Positions 59,476 through 64,000 of a stretch of DNA of 64,000 bases are shown here, in pieces. The position numbers and the translations under genes were made by a program. Numbering within the stretch: position 1 is the first letter of the stretch; each line of letters opens with the position of its first letter. The notes below the pieces were generated by a model, which saw nothing but the letters and a program-made list of their open reading frames with translations, searched no databases and was not told the origin of the DNA. The stretch lies in contig JAFGQN010000203.1 of the NCBI GenBank assembly GCA_016935665.1, positions 49,237 through 113,236 on the forward strand, written 5' to 3'. Origin of the DNA: Deltaproteobacteria bacterium (lineage in GTDB: Bacteria > Myxococcota_A > Polyangia > JAAYKL01).

Positions 59476-60690
59476 CTACGCCTGTCCGGCCCCCTGCAAC
59501 GATGCGATTTCGGCTGCGGCCGACGTTTCCTTGCTTTTCGTTTCGGATTCTTTGGAAGATACAGGTGTGTCGGAATGGGCGCCAACGGTTTTGGCCACAG
59601 ATGCTGCCACATTGGTGGGTTTGGAAGTGGAAGGTGTTTCTCTCTCTGCGGTATCCACTTTTAGAGAGACTCTTTTCTCTGCGCGCGCTTCGCGGATTTT
59701 CTCAATGTCTTCTTTGGTCATGCCCGCACGCGCATAGATGGCCCGTTCACCGGGACGAGAGTAATCAATCCAAAACGCATTCTGCTGCCTGGTATCCATA
59801 TGGATGAACACTGAGTTGGGATAAAATCCAACACCGGTATTGTCGAACTGACGGACAAAATTCACCAGTTTGCGGTTTGGGATTCCTGCAACGCGGAAAT
59901 CGATAGCCTGGCCCTTGTTATGAAGTGACTCGTGGTTTTTCCGCTTTTGCAACCGCTGTCCGGAAACAATTTCCAACCGGCGATTTGGATATTCATCAGC
60001 AACCTTTTGAAGCAGTACAGCCAATCGGGGATGAAGCGGGAATGGCATTTTTTCCATATTCAAAGGAGATGAAAACCTCGACAACTGATCCACACCGGCA
60101 GGATTGGGTTTCCCGTTGCAGAACGTAAGATGTATCTTTACTGTTTCATTATTTCGAACACGGTAGAATTCAACCGCAGGATTGTAGCATGGGGGCGGAG
60201 GTACCAGTTCGATTTCTTTTGTCGCGCCGGGGATTAGAATTTCCATGCCGGCTCGCACACTGTCCGGATCACTGAGATTGGCATTTGCCTTAACGATGGC
60301 CGCAACAGATACCTCGTATGCTTTGGCTATACGCGTGAGGGTAAAGCCTTTGGGGACTTCAACAAAAATTTTCTTTGGCCGCTGCTTTTCCACCGTCGCG
60401 GGTGTATCCCCGGTTTTCATTCTGGCGCCTGGTATCATAAGCTCCATGCCGCTGTAAATTTTGTCGGGGTTGTCAAGCCCGTTGGCATCAATTATATCCT
60501 CAATGCTCACGCCGTGAGAGATGGCGATACCGCCGAGATAGTCGCCATCTTTAATGATATACACAGAAGCTTCGCGGGTCTCGACCAGATCTTTTTTTGC
60601 ACCGGATGCAAGTACAGACATGGTAGCGATGATTGATGTAATGCAGAGACTCGCGAGCCATTTTATTGATGTAGTTTGAAATTGCACCAT
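59476..60690 (-). CDS. Peptidoglycan-binding protein: signal peptide + 2 LysM domains + DUF882 / peptidase-M15-like (YcbK-like) domain + low-complexity tail
   Basis: LysM domains (YIIKDGDYLGGIAISHGVSIEDIIDANGL; FTLTRIAKAYEVSVAAIVKAN). M15-like zinc motifs (SGQRLQKRKNHESLHNKGQAIDFRV...GFYPNSVFIHMDTR). Confidence 0.7.
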   Translation of the reverse strand: MVQFQTTSIKWLASLCITSIIATMSVLASGAKKDLVETREASVYIIKDGDYLGGIAISHGVSIEDIIDANGLDNPDKIYSGMELMIPGARMKTGDTPATVEKQRPKKIFVEVPKGFTLTRIAKAYEVSVAAIVKANANLSDPDSVRAGMEILIPGATKEIELVPPPPCYNPAVEFYRVRNNETVKIHLTFCNGKPNPAGVDQLSRFSSPLNMEKMPFPLHPRLAVLLQKVADEYPNRRLEIVSGQRLQKRKNHESLHNKGQAIDFRVAGIPNRKLVNFVRQFDNTGVGFYPNSVFIHMDTRQQNAFWIDYSRPGERAIYARAGMTKEDIEKIREARAEKRVSLKVDTAERETPSTSKPTNVAASVAKTVGAHSDTPVSSKESETKSKETSAAAEIASLQGAGQA

Positions 60691-60703
60691 CTTGAGAACT
60701 CCT

Positions 60704-60760
60704 TACATGTATAGCCTAAACATACAAAGAGCGCACATGTCAAGAAAAGTACTACATGTA
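60704..60760. promoter_or_regulatory. Three ACATGT-core palindromes (TACATGTA x2, CACATGTC) in the divergent promoter region between the LysM-peptidase gene and the GH3 gene
   Basis: TACATGTA at 60704..60711 and 60753..60760; CACATGTC at 60734..60741. Confidence 0.2.
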
Positions 60761-60938
60761 ACCCATTGTGTTCCTGTTCTGGAAAAAAATTTTAAATACG
60801 GATAGTTACACCTGCCAGGGCGGGCGATACGCCAATCAAATTTACAGAAAAATTAGGTTTTTTCGTTTTTGATTGCCCCTGTCACGGGGGTGTTTATATA
60901 CAATTGTCGGCGATGACCGCCGAAAGGGTATTGTTACT

Positions 60939-63203
60939 ATGAATGATGAACTGTTCAGGGATCCCTCTAAAACCGTGGATGAGCGGGTAGGGGATCTATT
61001 ATCGAAAATGACACTTGAAGAAAAGTTGGGGCAAATGCTTCAGCTGGATGGCACTCATGGCGATTTGCGCCAGGCCATTTTGGAGTTGCATGCCGGTTCT
61101 CTGTTGCATATCCAGAATGCACGTGCGGATGAAGCCATTGATTTAAACGAAACGACCCGATTGCGAATTCCTCTGTTGCTTGCCGATGACTGCATCCATG
61201 GACATGGATTTATGCGGGGGGCCACCGTTTTTCCCACCCAACTGGCCATGGCGAGCACGTGGGATGCGAAATTGCTGGAGCGTGCGGCCCGAGTCACGGC
61301 ACTTGAAGCGTCCTGTACCGGTCTTCACTGGACGTTTTCTCCGGTACTCGACGTCACTCGCGATTTGCGCTGGGGACGCGTGGGCGAAACATTTGGCGAA
61401 GATCTGCTTCTGGCAGCGGACATGGGCGCGGCGATGATACAGGGATATCAGGGGGAGGGCCTTTTTGACAAGACAGCGTTACTGGCAACGGCCAAACATT
61501 TTGCCGGATATTGCGAAACACAGGGCGGCCGGGATGCTTCTGAAGCGGATTTGTCGCAGCGCAAATTACGTTCGTGGTTTTTTCCGCCCTTTTTGCGAGC
61601 GGTTCGCGCGGGATGCATGACGTTCATGACCGGGTATCAGGCTATTGATGGCGTTCCCAGCACCGCATGCGATTGGCTGTTGAAATCGGTGCTGCGAGAC
61701 GAATGGGGATTTGAGGGAGTTTTGGTAACGGATTGGGACAATGTGGGCAGAATGCACTGGGAGCAGCAGGTTTGCGCCGACATGACAGAGGCAGCCACTG
61801 TGGCGGTCACGAGCGGAAACGACCTGATGATGGCCACTCCTCAGTTTTTTGAAGCCGCAAAGGTGGCTGTGAAAGAGGGTCGACTGAGCGAGGTTCAGAT
61901 AGACGCGGTGGTTGCCCGTATTCTGGCGCTGAAATTTAAGATGGGGCTGTTCGAAGACCCGCGGCGACCCGATTTCCAGCGACAGCAGGAGTTGGTCGGC
62001 TGTGCGGCCCATCGGGCCATTAATCTTGACGTCGCGCGCAAATCGGTGGTGTTGCTGCAGAATAACGGCATTTTGCCTCTGGCCTCGAGCGACGTTTCTT
62101 CCATTGCTGTGGTGGGGCCCAATGCGGACGATCCCCATGCGCAACTGGGAGACTGGGCCGGCGCCAGTGGACAGGTGGCCTGGCTCATGGACGGTCAGCC
62201 CCGGGAATGCGTGACTACGGTATTGGATGGGTTGCGTGCGTACGAGAGTGAATCGTTAAAGATACACCACGAAAAAGGAGCGGACATCGTTTCTTTGAAC
62301 ACCGAAACATACGGCTATTTTAATACCGGCGCCATTGAGGCCAACGCCACTCACATCCCCACTCACGACGATGCCCAATTGAACCGTGCAATCGAATTGT
62401 CCATGCAAAGTGATGTGACGATCGCCGTTGTGGGAGATCACTTCGCACTGGCAGGGGAAAACTGTTCCACCGCAACCCTGGAATTGCAGGGCGGTCAGAT
62501 TGAATTGCTGGAACGACTCAGTCGCACGGGAAAGCCGCTGGTGGTTGTTCTGGTAAATACAAAACCCATGGTATTGCCCCGATGCATCCACGACGCTGCT
62601 GCCATACTTGAGGTATTTAATCCAGGTATGGAAGGGGGGCGTGCCGTGGCGGAAACCCTGTTTGGCGATAATTTGCCGGAAGGCCGATTATCGGTGTCCA
62701 TCCCCTATCATGTGGGCCAGCAACCCATCTATTATCATCAGATTCGGGGACAGCATGGCGATCGTTACGCAGATATGACTCAGCACCCCCATTTTCCATT
62801 TGGGTGTGGACTTTCCTACACTCGGTTTAAATACAGCAATCTTCGATTGGCCCGTCGTACCCTTTGCGAGCGGGATATGTTCGAGTGCACGGTAACCCTT
62901 GAAAACATCGGGTTGCGCCCGGGTGTGGAAACGGTTCAACTGTACATCCGGGATGATGTAACGTCGGTCACCTGGGCGGAAAAGGAGCTGAAGGCGTATC
63001 AAAAAGTACATCTGCTGCCCGGCGAAAAAACGGATGTAGCGTTAAAAACTGCGGTTTCCAATTTTACTATCGTTAATGCGCGCGGTCAACGCGTGGTTGA
63101 GCCCGGGTCGTTCACGGCAATGGTTGGACCGGTAAATTCGACGGATGCCGGAATGCACGCAAGTTTCGAAGTCGTGCAAAATGGAGAAACGGCAGACAGT
63201 TGA
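60939..63203 (+). CDS. Glycoside hydrolase family 3 beta-glucosidase / beta-xylosidase-like enzyme
   Basis: GH3 N-terminal domain with nucleophile motif VLVTDWDNVGR, a C-terminal alpha/beta sandwich and a FnIII-like domain. Start at the MNDELF ATG. Confidence 0.85.
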   Translation: MNDELFRDPSKTVDERVGDLLSKMTLEEKLGQMLQLDGTHGDLRQAILELHAGSLLHIQNARADEAIDLNETTRLRIPLLLADDCIHGHGFMRGATVFPTQLAMASTWDAKLLERAARVTALEASCTGLHWTFSPVLDVTRDLRWGRVGETFGEDLLLAADMGAAMIQGYQGEGLFDKTALLATAKHFAGYCETQGGRDASEADLSQRKLRSWFFPPFLRAVRAGCMTFMTGYQAIDGVPSTACDWLLKSVLRDEWGFEGVLVTDWDNVGRMHWEQQVCADMTEAATVAVTSGNDLMMATPQFFEAAKVAVKEGRLSEVQIDAVVARILALKFKMGLFEDPRRPDFQRQQELVGCAAHRAINLDVARKSVVLLQNNGILPLASSDVSSIAVVGPNADDPHAQLGDWAGASGQVAWLMDGQPRECVTTVLDGLRAYESESLKIHHEKGADIVSLNTETYGYFNTGAIEANATHIPTHDDAQLNRAIELSMQSDVTIAVVGDHFALAGENCSTATLELQGGQIELLERLSRTGKPLVVVLVNTKPMVLPRCIHDAAAILEVFNPGMEGGRAVAETLFGDNLPEGRLSVSIPYHVGQQPIYYHQIRGQHGDRYADMTQHPHFPFGCGLSYTRFKYSNLRLARRTLCERDMFECTVTLENIGLRPGVETVQLYIRDDVTSVTWAEKELKAYQKVHLLPGEKTDVALKTAVSNFTIVNARGQRVVEPGSFTAMVGPVNSTDAGMHASFEVVQNGETADS

Positions 63204-63224
63204 AAGAATGAATTTATACGTCGA

Positions 63225-63965
63225 TTAGAACAAATCCAAATCGTCTTTTTCTTTTTTCTTCTTTTTTTCCTTTTTCTTTGCCTTTTTCTTTTCTGCCTGC
63301 GGCGGACTGACAACGTCTTCTTCATTTATGTCCCACTCGACCGCGTCGGGGCAGGGTTTATTTTCCTTTTTCGCTTTCTCTTCGTCGCACGGCTCCTCTG
63401 TACGGGCAGTATCCCGAAGAAACTCCAGCTCAAACGATTTTCCCTTTATGCGAATCAGTTCTGTGAGGGCATAAAAATCGTCGACCAGAGAGTTGAACTC
63501 TGCCGGCTCTGATTCCAGGACAACCAGAAGCACCAGGGGGATCTCTTCTTTGACGCCTTTCAGGTTTTTCGTTCGGTTCAGTCCGCCCATATCGGTGATT
63601 TTAAGCATAAAAATGGCGAAGCGCATATCGGCGTCGGGGGCATTCGAATCAAATTCGCTGCGATTCACGTAGCCAATAAGGCCATCGTAATCCAGCACTT
63701 TGACAGCCTTGTAATTCAACATGGTTATTTTTGCCTGTTTATCCACCTCTGACTTTTCAAATCGTTTCCCGGCATTCCACGGTTCTTTGGCCGCCATGTT
63801 CGCCACAAATGTTTTATACATATCTTCTACAGACATTTTCCATTCCGCAGAAGAGGCAGTGGTCAAGTCCACTGTTAATGTAGAGAGGCTCCCATCATGT
63901 TTTAAAACCAGTTCGGAATGGTATTTCTTCACTCGGTCCGGATTCCCGTTATTATATTTATCCAC
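63225..63965 (-). CDS. Hypothetical protein with a Lys/Glu-rich C-terminal tail; the frame is open to the window end, so it is probably 5'-partial
   Basis: 246 aa shown. Tail AEKKKAKKKEKKKKKEKDDLDLF. No stop between the first Met and position 64000 in frame. Confidence 0.4.
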   Translation of the reverse strand: MDKYNNGNPDRVKKYHSELVLKHDGSLSTLTVDLTTASSAEWKMSVEDMYKTFVANMAAKEPWNAGKRFEKSEVDKQAKITMLNYKAVKVLDYDGLIGYVNRSEFDSNAPDADMRFAIFMLKITDMGGLNRTKNLKGVKEEIPLVLLVVLESEPAEFNSLVDDFYALTELIRIKGKSFELEFLRDTARTEEPCDEEKAKKENKPCPDAVEWDINEEDVVSPPQAEKKKAKKKEKKKKKEKDDLDLF

Positions 63966-64000
63966 ATAGACATTGCCTTTGAATTCCGGGAGATCTATGC

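Noticed and set aside
1-64000. Search for CRISPR arrays, tRNA/rRNA genes, transposases/integrases and phage genes
   Set aside because: I found no regularly spaced repeat-spacer arrays, no tRNA cloverleaf signatures (GTTCGA / T-loop with CCA context) in intergenic regions, no DDE or tyrosine-recombinase motifs, and no capsid/terminase-like ORFs. The window looks like core chromosome rather than a mobile island.

Overview
This is a 64-kb window of roughly 50% GC that reads as core chromosome of a Gram-negative (diderm) bacterium. The lineage signal is many lipobox lipoproteins, outer-membrane beta-barrel-like proteins, a ccmC homologue, and several secreted proteins with long acidic D-x-D / S / T low-complexity linkers fused to carbohydrate-active domains (GH16-like, GH43, GH3). 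I call about 50 CDS. Housekeeping genes include nadE, ilvE, hisI-hisG, ilvD, cmk-rpsA, trxB, aroK-aroE, cimA/leuA, proA-proB, an acyl-CoA carboxyltransferase, sfsA, a trans-sulfuration PLP enzyme and lexA. Regulatory genes include an ECF sigma / anti-sigma pair, two hybrid histidine kinases and a cNMP-binding protein. Lineage-specific genes include a tandem pair of ~1,200-aa transglutaminase-like secreted proteins (one intact, one with a degenerate catalytic site), a PQQ-like beta-propeller protein and several zinc-ribbon proteins. I recognised no rRNA, tRNA, CRISPR array, transposase/integrase or obvious phage or defence genes. The features that look least ordinary are: (1) three perfect, co-oriented DnaA boxes (TTATCCACA) plus weaker boxes and an AT-rich stretch in a 555-bp intergenic gap between the two hybrid kinases, immediately followed by two tandem covarying hairpins with a conserved GGGGGCUGUUGUU loop (candidate oriC or DnaA-controlled element, and/or a small RNA); (2) a LexA homologue whose catalytic serine motif reads G-D-A-M rather than G-D-S-M, sitting directly downstream of the transglutaminase-like pair; (3) a near-perfect 63-bp x3 tandem repeat inside a Cys-rich lipoprotein gene downstream of the ECF sigma / anti-sigma pair; (4) a divergent pair of a CpdA-like metallophosphoesterase and a cNMP-binding protein; (5) an unannotated 59-aa basic ORF with a strong RBS. 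All functional calls rest on motif recognition by eye; I ran no database searches.
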